DNA from: Octopus vulgaris
Lineage: Eukaryota
Assembly (NCBI GenBank): GCA_951406725.2
Contig: OX597825.1
Coordinates: 31,124,001 to 31,188,000, forward strand
Direction: 5' to 3'
Length of the DNA: 64,000 nt
Below the pieces are notes generated by a model. That model was not told the DNA's origin, ran no database searches, and saw only the letters and a list, made by a program, of their open reading frames with translations. Below, one piece after another: positions 1 to 12,087 of the stretch (positions within the stretch are counted from its first letter, which is position 1; each line of letters starts with the position of its first letter). A program made the position numbers and the translations under genes.

Positions 1-1249
1 TATGTATGTGTTTATGAATGTATGTGTTTATGTATGTATGTATGTATGTATGGATGTATGTATGTATGGATGTATGTATGTATGTGTTTATGTAGTGTCA
101 GGCCTCTTGTGAGTAATACTTGGTAACATGGAATCCAATACAACCTGTTGCATGGTCAAGGTGTTGGTGACTAAACTGACCCTCTGACTAGCCTTGCCTG
201 GTGATGAGGGTTGCCAGAAACCCAGCAGGACTAAAAACAACACTTGCCAATAGGACGGGTGAACCGAGCAAAGGGTCACATACACACAATCATACATATG
301 TAATTATATATATGTGTATATGTGGGATGATTGTGTACACTTAAACTTCCTACACATACACACATATAAATACACACACAAACACACACATTAATAGCTG
401 ACTGCAAAGTTGTACAGAGTACTTTTCCACTTGTCTGTATACACACACACACACACACACACACACAGATGCAAACACATATACAATCACACCAAGCATC
501 CACACGCACACCAGGCATCCACATGCACACACACACACATACACACACACATATATATATACATACACACATGATGTATATGATTGCATACACCACCAAC
601 ATAAACAACAACAACAACAACAAGAGAAAATGAATAATTATTCTATTATCTATTGATTTTAGGTGAAAATAATATATATTCTAAGACTGCCGTGATGATA
701 ACAAGGGTTCTAGATTGGTGATGATAACGACTCTAAGAATGTCATCATCACCGTCATCATCATCATCATCCCCATCAGTGTTGTCATCGTCATGATCAGC
801 ATTACCACACCACCACCACCACCACCACCATCATAATAATCAGTATCATGATCACCACCATCCTCATCACCATCATCAGTGTCATCATCAGCATCATCAC
901 AATCACCACTATCATCATCATCATCATCATCATTGATGTTGTCAACGATGACTCTGAACCAAGAAGGGAACATTTTCATGATAAATGGACTTACTAGAGA
1001 TAGTAATCGGTTCTCCTTCAAATCATGCACAACCTTCATTCGAAAAAAAGAAAAGAAAAATAGAAAAAAAGAGGAAAAGACTGGTTTCAATGGGTAACGT
1101 AGTTCCTGTCATACAAACAGAAGAGCTGGTCATGGTTAGAACTCCTTTGATCATAGGTCTGCTGGGTCAAGACTCACAAGGAGCATTCCTATCTCCTGGT
1201 TCTCTCTTCACTTATGTATTTGGAGCAGACACTGACCTCCAGTATCTGT

Positions 1250-2345
1250 AGATAGGGTTTACATTAAAAAGGTTATGGACAGCCCAGGAAAAATAGAATC
1301 AGGGATCACATGAAAGTCATGTAAATAATGAAGAACAATTGATTATAACAACAAAATTTCCCAAGAGAGGGAGACCTCCTAGGACCACTCGTGGAAACCT
1401 CAGAAATCCACCACAGTCCTGACTGCTACGGCAAGCACACTCTCCATTTTCTCTACAGGTGCATGGTTAGAATAGGCCAATTCACTTGGGCCATTCTCGC
1501 AACATTTACCCACCTTTTAATAAAATTGCTGAGGAGCAGAACTTCCTTCACTCTCACTTTCCTTTTCAAGTGAAACTCGAAAAAGTTGATGAGATCTTGG
1601 TGAAAGAAGAAAGTGTCTGTCTTCAGCCCTTTCAGTTTGGTCCACCACATAACCTCTTTCAGTAAGGCTATCAGGCAAAGAAAAGCAGCCTAACCTTCCC
1701 AGCCAAAGGAAGGTGGCAGGACCATCTTCACAATGGACTCACTCAAAAGCTGGATATGTCCCACATGTAACAGCAGGTATTCAACATAAACCCACAAGTC
1801 AGAAATAGTCAGACACTGGACAGGAGCATGCAGAATGATTTCATCACTCTGCATGCATCTTGGGCAAGCAAAGTTGACTGCACTTCCATACCTGTAGAGT
1901 TTATCTCAAACCAGCAGTGCCCCACAGTAGCACTGCCAGGACGAGCTGAGAGTTCTTCAGAACAAACCAGCCGACTCATTCTTGTCAACACCCAGAATAC
2001 CCCCAAGAACGTCATCGCACTTACCTGCCACTAACCCTCTATAGAAAGCCACAGTGGAACTTTCACCAACCGCATTGCCTGACTGGCAGAAGAGTGTGAG
2101 TGCCCTGGCTTAGTCTACGTTTGATCTAGAACTGCAGCTGTGGGAAATTGCATCTGACAAATGGTAACCACAGCTGCTTGCCACCTAGGAAATGCTGAAG
2201 ATACTGCAGCCTGAGCACATGTCTACACATCAATAGCCATGACATACCCAGCCCTCCATTTAGCAGATATTAACAGCAAATAGAGAGCCTGACCAGTGGA
2301 ATGCATCCCTTCCACAGAAAGCAAAAGAGTAGGTGCTCCAGTTTA
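1250..2345 (-). mobile_element. Decayed L1/Tx1-clade LINE, 3' part of ORF2 and probable 3' UTR
   Basis: The minus strand reads KLEHLLFCFLWKGCIPLVR...NGGLGM (post-RT L1/Tx1 motif), then a CCHC-like region (C.RCMQSDEIILHAPVQC), then the C-terminal ORF 1453..1650 WWTKLKGLKTDTFF...FIKRWVNVARMA. Stops and frameshifts are present. Confidence 0.72.
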
Positions 2346-2356
2346 TAATTATAATA

Positions 2357-2572
2357 ATCCTCTTCGTCCTATGTGCACAAGACCTGGAATTTTGGGGGAG
2401 GATGTAGTTGATTACATCAAACCAGTGCTCAACTATTACTTATTTCATCAACTCCAAATGGATGAAAGGCAAAGCTGACCTCAGCAGAACTTGAACTCAG
2501 ATCATAAACACAGATAAAATGCCACTAAGCACTTTGCCCAGCATTCTAACAAGTTTGTCAGCTGCCCACCAT
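2357..2572 (-). mobile_element. tRNA-derived SINE with Nin/Deu-like central domain (diverged copy)
   Basis: Homologous to the copies at 5224-5642 (GGATGAAAGGCAAAG..GACCTC..GAA.TTGAACTCAG on +; B box GAGTTCAA on -). Confidence 0.72.
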
Positions 2573-2614
2573 AAACAAATGCTAAAAACATCAACAACAA
2601 CAATAATGATAATA

Positions 2615-4272
2615 AGACAGAAAGTGTGTTAGTTGCAGCACATGATCAAGCATTGAGGACTAATTGGATAAAAGCCAAGATAGACAAAAATCAGGTAGAT
2701 TCCCAATGTAGATTGTGTGAAGTAGGAAAGTGTTACTCATATAGTTAGTGAATGTAGCATGCTGGCATGAAAAGAATACAAGAAATGACAGGGTTAATGC
2801 AGTTTCACACCTCTCCTTGAAAAATGCATTTCTTTGAAAAAAATTTTCGGATTCCAACATTTTAGATGTCGCAGATTACGAATGTACAAAAAGAAATTTT
2901 TAACTCCCCGCCAACTATTTTGAAATTTTTTTCCCCGTATGTTTTAGATGCTGGAGATTCCAAATATGCAAGAAACCACGTTTTCAAAATTTTAAATTCA
3001 ATAACCATATCAATATGTGTATAAAGAGATAGATAGATAGATAGATATGAACGTCTTCCTGGGGTTAAAAACAACAGTAACACCGTCTTCTATAGGACCA
3101 CGACATTTAAACTTTATAACATTAATTATTAAACATCAATGTTTGTTTCTCATAAAATGGTGTGTCTAATTTACATTTAATTCTTATTTACACAAGTAAA
3201 ACGCAAATTCTCTTCACTTCAATGTTTTTATCTGGATTTAATTTCGATTTGCATGTTCGTCAATTTGCTACGATCTCTTTAAAGTAAACAAAATCAAAAG
3301 TTTAAAATTGGGGGGAGGGGAGGTGGGGTGGGGGTCGAAATTAAAAAAAAAATTTTTTTTTGCATATTCATAATCACCTGACATCTAAAATGTAGGAATC
3401 TGAAAAAAATTTTTCAAAACAATTAATTTTTCAAGGAGAGGTACAAAACTGCATTAACCATGAAATGATATGACAAATTGCATCTGACAAATGGTAACCA
3501 CACCTGCTCACCATCTAGGAAATGCTGAAGATACTGCAGCCTGAGCACATGTCTGCACATCAATAGCCACGATATACCCAGCCACCCCATTTAGCAGGTG
3601 TTGACAGCAAAGAGAGTGCCTAACCAGTGGAATGCATCCCTTCCACAGAAAGCAAAAGAGTCGGTGCTCCAGTTTATAATAATAATAATCCTCTTCTACT
3701 ATGGGCACAAGATCTGAAATTTTGTGAGGGGATGTAGTTGATTATCCCTTATGGGGGATAATCCACTGAGCGATGTAGAAAGCTAAAATTTGACCATACT
3801 GATAAGTGTTATGAACATGAATCTTGTAAAGTGCTATTTAGGATGTGGGATTTTTAACATTCAGACTGACAGAGTAACAGAAGCTAGAAGGCCTGATTTA
3901 GTGGTAGTGGACAAAAAAAATAGAAAGCACCAGGTAATTGACCTTAAAGTCTCAAATGATAAGAAAGTTAATATGGGAAGTATAGAGAAAATAGCAGAAT
4001 ATCAGGACTGAGCCATTGAGTTACAGAGGTGATAGAAAGTGCGAGTAAAATGTATCCCTGTAGTTATAGGTACATTAGGAAATATCCCTAAAAATTTGAA
4101 CTCGTAGACAAAGGAAATAGGTGGAAAACCTAGTTTAGTACAGCTGCAGAAAACAGTATTATTAAGGACAGTTTGGATACTTAGGAAGGTTCTTGGTATC
4201 TAAGGTTACTTGTTATAGTTCGATGTTAGGAATTCTTTTTCCGACAGTCTAATCTGTTGTGCATATATGAAA
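2615..4272 (+). mobile_element. Dong/R4-clade non-LTR retrotransposon 3' fragment, interrupted twice
   Basis: TESVLVAAHDQALRTNWIK...CRLC...VTHIVSEC..LA.KEYKK, resuming at about 3755 with IIH.., WDFNIQTDRVTEARRPDLVVVDKK (PD-(D/E)xK endonuclease) and LQKTVLL.T..ILRKVL. Ends in (TAA)n. Confidence 0.85.
2789..3462. mobile_element. MITE with long imperfect TIRs (CAGGG terminus, hAT-like) and 6-bp TSD AAATGA
   Basis: Left end CAGGGTTAATGCAGTTTCACACCTCTCCTTGAAAA matches the right end TTTTCAAGGAGAGGTACAAAACTGCATTAACCATG as an inverted repeat. AAATGA lies at 2783-2788 and 3463-3468. Confidence 0.85.
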
Positions 4273-4639
4273 TAATAATAATGATAATAATGATGATGAT
4301 GATGATGATGATGATGATAATAATAATAATCAAACAGTTAACAATTCTTCTCGCCAATATCTAGACACAGCTGCTCAACAAGTCAGATAACTAGAGACTT
4401 GACTCCAAACAAATAACAAAGTAAAAGTATCACATACAGAATTCACCATTTCCTTCCCATGATTATTTTTTTTTTATATATTTTAACACAAAAAGAAAAT
4501 ACAAAAAAAACATCAAAACCAGTCACCAGATTCAACATAACACACATACAAGAAAAAAATATTAGGAAGTCTATATAACATTCACAACAGAGATATAAAA
4601 TCTGAACTTGCATCCAAGAAAACAACTACCAAACTGATC

Positions 4640-4915
4640 ACTATGGAATCGCTGACCAATACAGTTCAACCATTTCTCTCCTCACCAGACAAGCTGTCTC
4701 CTCCTCACTTTCATATAAACCATGACTATTATGGCCTCTGCTCCCAGAATCTGACTAGTTTTGTACCACTTCCACTTAGGTTCACCTAATATACTTGCCT
4801 CTCTTCCTCTCACCACCCACACTGTGTCTACCCTATCAAGGTGCCACATTAAACCACTACATGCAATCCTTTCTCCCCGGAGCATGTTTTTCTTAGAATT
4901 CTCTCCCTGACCATT
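4640..4915 (+). mobile_element. Decayed CR1/Jockey-group LINE, C-terminal end of ORF2
   Basis: Translates to YYGLCSQNLTSFVPLPLRFT*YTCLSSSHHPHCV...HYMQSFLP...NSLPDH, the typical post-RT tail of this group. Confidence 0.55.
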
Positions 4916-5223
4916 TTCATTTTTTTAAATTTTTTGTTTTACATTTTACTTTCGGCAGTTGTTCAAGAGAAATATTGACTGCAGCAAAGGCGACGGTTTT
5001 GGAGAAGCTGTAAAGGCAGTGTGTAACTGAAGTCACTTCATACTACTTTACAATACTACCACTTCAACATGACCACAGTAACACAGCGACAATACTACCA
5101 CCACAACGTTACCCTGGTAACTGCTGCAATAACCACATCAGTACTATCACAAGAATACCACTGCAGCATCATCACCACTAAAGCACCATCACTAGAGCAA
5201 CTATAGTCACCGCAACAATATTC

Positions 5224-5642
5224 TTTTCTATTCTAGGCACAAGGCCTGAAATGTTAGGGGATGGGACCTGTCGATTAGATCGACCCCATACACAACTGGT
5301 ACTTAATTTATCGACCCCAAAAGGATGAAAGGCAAAGTCGACCTCGGCGGAATTTGAACTCAGAACGTAAAGACAGACGAAATACCACTAAGCATTTCAC
5401 CCGGCGTGCTAACGTTTCTTATTTCTTTATTACCCACAAGGTGCTAAACATAAAGGGGACAAACAAGGACAGACAAGGAGATTAAGTCAATTTCATCAAC
5501 CCCAGTGCGTAACTGGTACTTAATTTATTGACCCCGAAAGGATGAAAGGCAAAGTCGACCTCGGCAGAATTTGAACTCAGAAAGTAAAGACAGACAAAAT
5601 ACCGCTAAGCATTTCGCCAGGCATGCTAATGTTTCTGCCAAC
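5224..5642 (-). mobile_element. Two adjacent tRNA-derived Nin/Deu-domain SINEs with different 3' tails
   Basis: The block ACTGGTACTTAATTTAT.GACCCC.AAAGGATGAAAGGCAAAGTCGACCTCGGC.GAATTTGAACTCAGAA occurs twice (about 5295 and 5512). The tails differ (TCTAGGCACAAGGCCTGAAA versus TTTATTACCCACAAGG). Confidence 0.85.
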
Positions 5643-5649
5643 TCCACCA

Positions 5650-7001
5650 CAGTGCTACTACTACAGCACAAACACCATTAATACAACATAACTGTGATCA
5701 TATCAACACCATCACAACACCGCAGTAACACTACAACCCAAACACCTCATTACAACCACTACAGAAGAGTGCTGTAGTTGTGGCTACTACAACAGTGACT
5801 ACATCGACGCCATTGCCAAAACACCACAACGCTATCACAGCAACACTGCTAGGACACAATCGCTACAACCACTACCACACTGACAGCAACATAATTCCAC
5901 TTACTACAACACTACTTATTACAACCCCCTACTATAAAACTACCTCCTCAACAGTACCAACCACACCACTACCACCACAACAATTCTTTCTGTAGTAACA
6001 ATACCAAACTCACCATAAACACTAAGAGATTCCAGTAAAATCCTAATTAGTTCTCTAACATAAAAAAAAAGGAAAAAAAAAATAACGAAGAAACACAATG
6101 GTGATGAAGTTATAATTGACTTGGACAAGGTGTGAAATGAACACTTGATGTGGTAGTGGCAGCAGCAGCAGCAACAACAATGGTGGCAGCAGCAGCAATG
6201 GCGGCAGTGGTGACAGCCATGGTGATAGTAGTGGTGGCAGCGACACTGGTGCCTGATAGTGAGGGTGGTGGTGGAGCTAATGTGGTAGGGGCTGGTGCTG
6301 TAGTTGTGGCTACTACAACAGTGACAATAGTAATGGTGGTGGAGGCAATGGTAATGTTGTGTAATTATGATGGTAGTAGCAGGAGTGGTGGTGGTGGTGG
6401 TGGTGGTAGAAGATGTGATGGTGGCTGTGATAGTGGTGATTGTGGTGGTGGTGATGGTGGTGGTGGTGATGGTAGTGGTGGTGGTGGTGGTGGTGGTGGT
6501 GGTGGTGGTGATGGTGGTGATGGTGGTGGTGATGTAGTGGTGGTGGTGGTGGTGGTGGTGGTGGTGGTGGTGGTGGTGATGGTAGTGGCAGCGGTGGTGG
6601 TGAAGGTAGTGGTGGTGGTGGTGATGGTGATGGTGGCGGTGATGGTAGTTGTAGTGGTGATGATGGTGGTGATGGTAATAGTGTTGGTGGTAGCAGCAGG
6701 GGCAGCAAAGTTTTATTGCTGACAGTGTTTTATTTTCCTGTGAATAAACAAAGATTCTAAGAACATCAACAAGGACAAAATGAGGTCTGCAGAGTTATCA
6801 TCACCATCATCGTCATCAACATCATCATCATCATCATCACCACCACCATCACCATCACCACCATCACCATTACCACAACCACTACTACCACCACCACCAT
6901 CATCATCATCACCACCACCACCATCACCGCAATCATCATCATCATCATCATTGCCATCGCTGCCACCACAATCATAATCATTATCATCAATATCCTCACT
7001 G

Positions 7002-7040
<39 letters not shown>

Positions 7041-7255
7041 CTACCACAACATCAAAAACATCAGCAACAAGAAATACAGCAACAACAATAGCGAGTACAA
7101 AAACATCAAAAGTATCAACAACATGAACAACAACAACATGACAACATCAAGATCAGAGCAGTATCAGCAATGACAAGCAGCAGCAGCAGCATCACCACCA
7201 CCGCCACCACCACCACGAGAACAACAACAACAACAAAGCAAGAATAATAACAGGA
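5650..7255. repeat. Degenerate trinucleotide low-complexity blocks (ACC/ACA, then GGT/GAT, then CAT/CAC/CAA)
   Basis: Visible directly; gives rise to the poly-G/V/P/H/M ORFs in the track. Confidence 0.9.
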
Positions 7256-7301
7256 AAAATGAAAAATTATTTTAAAAAAAGAACAACAGTGAATACAAAA
7301 T

Positions 7302-7684
7302 AAACAAGAGCACTCAGAGAGCACAAATCTCCACCAAGGCAACACCAGCATCCTCCCAACCATTAGACAGAGATGGTTTTTAGATTGAAAATATCTGAAT
7401 GAAAATAAACTCGACCGCTCTCACATACAAGAATACTAAAAATGAACCCGACTGCTCTCATAAATTAAGTAAAAAAAAACAGGAAAAATAATCGAGAATC
7501 CTTGTCTGGTACTGGATCGATCCCAAAATCTAATCAGTTTGTGCTAGTCACGAGGTTAAACAGCCCTGAAAGTTTCAGCCAAATCAATCCAGCGGTTCTT
7601 GAGATATCCTGTCCATGGACAGACACACAGCCAAACACAACTGAAAACAATACTTTCACTTTCGCTAAGACAGAGGTAATAATA
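7302..7684 (-). mobile_element. Non-autonomous Helentron-associated element (HINE/DINE-1-like)
   Basis: The minus strand begins TTATTACCTCTGTC...TATTGTTTTCAGTTGTGTTTGGCTGTGTGTCTGTC...GATATCTCAAGAACCGCTGGATTGATTTGGCTGAAACTTTCAG and ends CTTGGTGGAGATTTGTGCTCTCTGAGTGCTCTTGTTT. This gives degenerate subterminal IRs, a 3' hairpin and T-rich ends. Confidence 0.72.
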
Positions 7685-7819
7685 AAATACATATCTGCGA
7701 AAACTAATATTTAGGGAACATTAACCTATAGCAAGAGCCTTAAGAGATTGTTAGAAGGAAACTGTGTGAAATCCTATTATATGTATGTGTGTAATATATA
7801 TAACTGAGTGTAGTTGATA

Positions 7820-8221
7820 CTAGTGCTGGCTGACTGGCCCCGTGCCGGTGGCACATAAAAAGCACCATTCATTCATAGTCATTACCAGTGCAGCCTGACT
7901 GGCTCCTGTGCCGGTGGCACATAAAGAGCACCATTCATGCTTGGCCATTGCCAGTGCTGCCTGACTGGCTCCTGTGCCAGTGAAATATAAAAAGTATTAT
8001 CCAAATGTGATCGATGCCAGGCCTACCTGACTGGCTTCTGTGCTGGTGGCATGTAAAAACCACCCACTACACTCTCGGAGGTGTTACGAAAGGCAACCAG
8101 CTGTAGAAACTTTGCCAAATCACATTGGAGCCTGGTGCAGCCTTCTGGCGTGCAAGCCCTCAGTCAAACCACCCAACCCATGCCAGCATGGAAAGCAGAC
8201 ATTAAACTACGACGATGATGA

Positions 8222-8222
<1 letters not shown>
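7820..8222 (+). mobile_element. Abundant non-autonomous retroposon with internal ~60-bp tandem units and (GAT)n tail (RTE-type 3' end)
   Basis: Four units CTGACTGG..C.TGTGCCGGTGGCAC.TAAAA.GCACC, then CCAGCTGTAGAAAC...AACCCATGCCAGCATGGAAAGCAGACATTAAAC and (GAT)n. Many further copies occur in the window. Confidence 0.75.
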
Positions 8223-8263
<41 letters not shown>

Positions 8264-8264
<1 letters not shown>

Positions 8265-8483
8265 TTTACTCTTTTACATGTTTTAGGCATTTGACTAAGG
8301 CCATGCTTGAGTACTGCCTTTAGCCAAAGAACTTGATCCCAGGACTTATTCTTTGTAAGACTAGTACTTATTCTCGCAGCCTCTTTTGGCAAACCACTAA
8401 ATCCCGAGCACATGAACACACCAACATCAGTTGTCAGGCAATGGCAAGGGGACAAACACAGACACGAAGACACATAAATATAA

Positions 8484-8533
<50 letters not shown>

Positions 8534-8682
8534 GACAGGCTACTTTCGGTTTCTGTCTTCCAAATCCACTCACAAGTCTTTGGCCGGCCTGAGGCTATAG
8601 TAGAAGATACTTGCCCAAGGTGCCATGCAGTGGGACTGAACTCGGAGCCATGTGGTTGGGAAGCAAGCTTCTTACCACACAG
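8264..8682 (-). mobile_element. tRNA-derived SINE with internal (TA)n/(TG)n microsatellite (family A)
   Basis: Reverse complement of the copy at 12893-13311. Confidence 0.85.
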
Positions 8683-9621
8683 TCAATTTGCACTTATATA
8701 TATATTTATATATATGTATGTATGTATGTACAAATATATATGTATGTATGCCAGCATGGAAAATGAATGTTAAATGATAATGACGATGAAGATGATGATG
8801 ATGATGATAGTTGAGGTGATGCACTGTGAGAGTGCTTCAAATGTCAGGTTAAAGTACTTAACCATTTTGTTGAAGCTCTCAGCATGCTGAGTTCAAACGC
8901 CACTAAGGGCCATTTTAACTTTCAATCTCATTGGAGAATAATAGATCAATAAACAGTACCAGTTGTCTACAGGGGTTACATTTCTCTCTTTCTCTTTCTT
9001 TCCCCTTCTTCTTCTTCCCAGTAATCAGCTACAGTGAAGGAGCAAGGTAGGAAAGAAATGACTGTTCCTATCATGGCGCCACCAATTCTTTTATCACCAC
9101 AACTCAGTAAACTCAACAAAAAAAACAAAAAAAAAACAAATAATGAATAAAGAAAAAAGAATCGTGGCTAGTTAAGAACTGTTGATGCCTCTCATTTGCA
9201 ATGCCATCTTTGTATTTTAACACAAAATTAGACGGCCGTTTTATTTGTTCTTGTTCTTTGTACCCAAGAGACAGCAAGCTTAAACAATAAAAATAACATC
9301 AACAGATGTTATTGTCAGAAATATAACACAAGGGAATCCAAATACAAAGTATTCAGTGATGTGACAATGCTAATAATAAAGGATATCATGCTGGCTTTAG
9401 ATAGCAACTTTGAACATGAGAATTATATAAAACAACAAGAAAGAAAATAATAAAAAAAAAAAATGAAGTTTTGCTTTGCTAAAAGCTATAATTATCAATA
9501 AGTTAGAAAAATAATCCTGTTTTGTAGGTTATTGATAATTACAGCATTATTATTATTACTAGTAATTATTATTATTATTTTTATCCTCCTCCTCATCATC
9601 ATCATTAACATCATCACCAAT

Positions 9622-9656
<35 letters not shown>

Positions 9657-10248
9657 TATTATTATTATTATTATTGTTATTATTATCATCACCATTATCA
9701 TTATTATCATTATCATCATCATTATTATTATTATTATTATCATTATTATAATTTTTTTTTTGTTATTATCTGTACTCTTATTATTTGATTTTCTTCCATA
9801 GCTAATTCAGAAGACACACAAAAAGTTGGTAAAAATAAAAATAAAGATATATTAAAAAAAAAGAATAATAAATAAAGGGGAGGTAGTGGGCAGAGGATGA
9901 AGCAAATAACAACACTAACAAAAACAACAAGAACAACAATAAAAATGACATCAGTGATAAAAAGAAGAGGAAAAAAAAGCCTTTAAGAGAAATTGATAGT
10001 TCATTAGGACTAACATTGTAATTAGAACTTGGATCGCTCTTATAACAAGGGAATTAGAATAATTTTAATGGTGGAATAATGAGAAGAGAAAACCGCACAG
10101 TGGGGAGATGGTGATGTGGGGGGGTAAGATCAGACAGAGTTCAATAATGTTAAACACACACATACACACATATGCACACAGAGAGTTCTGTGTGTAAAAA
10201 TAGAATGTATATATATGCATGCATATGCATGTGTATGTGTATGTGCAT

Positions 10249-10311
<63 letters not shown>

Positions 10312-11264
10312 AGAGAATATTGTTTATTCTTTTTCCATGTCACAGTCATTGGACTGCAGCCATGCTGGGCCACCTCCACACAAACATATGTATATGTTTG
10401 TGTGCATAAAGATGTGTACGTTTTGATATATATATATATATATAAAGGGAAAGTTTACGAAAATAATATATATATATATATATATATAAACGTGTGCGTG
10501 ATAAGTAGCTTGCTTACTAACTACATGGTTCCAGGTTCAATCCCACTGCATGGCAATGGCACCTTGGGCAAGTGTCTTCTACTATAGCCTCAGGACAACC
10601 AAAGTCATGTGAATGGATTTGGTAGACGGAAACTGAAAGAAGCTTATCATATATATGTGAAGACCTGTTGAGGCAAGTGAAAATCAAACCAAATCAAAAT
10701 CGATGAACATCAATGGAATTTCTATTTTGTGGTACCAGTGCCGGTGGCACATAAGAAAACCATCCGAACGTGGCCGTAGCCAGTACCACATCGACTGGCC
10801 CCCATGCTGTCGGCACGTAACAAATACCATCCAATAGGTGCTGATGAAGGGGCAACAACGCCCGAAATATGGTATATACACTCATCCCTTTTAAAGGTGC
10901 AGGAGTGGCTGTGTAGTAAGAAACTTGCTTCCCAGCCATTATGGTTTGGGGTTCAGTCCTACTGCATGGCACCTTGGGCAAGTGTTTTCTACTATAGCCC
11001 CGGGCCAACCAAAGCCTTGTGAATGGATTTGGTAGAGGCAAACTTAAAGAAGCCCATCATATATATATATATATATATGGCTTAGATTTCCCTTGGCGGG
11101 CTGCCCATATCGGAGCAATCTCAAGATTAATCAGCCGAAATTGCTAAGATGATCTGGTTCTTGACTGATGACTGAGGGCTTCGAATGTCCCGTCCTGTGG
11201 TTCTTGTGTCGTCTCTGTGGTGTTTCATGTTCTTGTCCATGTCTAATTATTTTTACTGTTTACC

Positions 11265-11292
<28 letters not shown>

Positions 11293-11296
<4 letters not shown>

Positions 11297-12087
11297 ATTA
11301 ATTAATAAGGGTGAGAGAATTAGATACTAATTTAATAGTATATCTATTCAACACCAAGTGGCCTAGTGCTCCGAGAAACCTGGATTATTATAATATTTTA
11401 TAATATATTATAATATTTTTACAAAATAAATATAAGAGAGTGGTCACTATATGGCTCACTCTAGCACCAGTTAATCCAAAAGGTTTCAACCAAAAAAATA
11501 CATGTTTCCCATGAAAGTCAGTACGATTGTTAGCTCACACGGACAGGGCAAATAAAAAATAAAAATATTATAATATATTATAAAATATTATAATAATCCA
11601 GGTTTCTCGGAGCACTAGGCCACTTGGTGTTGAATAGATATACTATTAAATTAGTATCTAATTCTCTCACCCTTATTAATTAATTATAATTATGCTGCAT
11701 TTATTTCTAAATGCTGTATTTGTTTTCCGTGAAAGTTTGGCGCGCTGTTAGTTGGGGCATTTGAATTATAACGTCGGATGTAATCAATTGAACCACATGC
11801 GTATTTATCGTTATGGTAAAATCTGGCGTGTGATTGAGTGGATTTCATCCAGATAGTTTTGGCTGACGAGCTACAAGTGGATTTTTTTGTAAGTAAAATT
11901 ACATTTAATTCATTAATAGCGAAACAATTGTCCCAAAATAATCTGTATTTTTGTTATTTTTTATTTGCCCTGTCCGTGTGAGCTAACAATCGTACTGACT
12001 TTCATGGGAAACATGTATTTTTGTGGTTGAAACCTTTTGGATTAACTGGTGCTAGAGTGAGCCATATAGTGACCACTCTCTTATATT

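Noticed and set aside
6150-7047. Gly/Val/His/Pro/Met-rich ORFs
   Set aside because: They come from trinucleotide microsatellites. The same applies to the YI/CV/HT-repeat ORFs throughout the window.
11130-11195. CGAAA and CTGATGA motifs suggesting a second hammerhead
   Set aside because: I could not form stem II or a consistent stem I/III in any topology.
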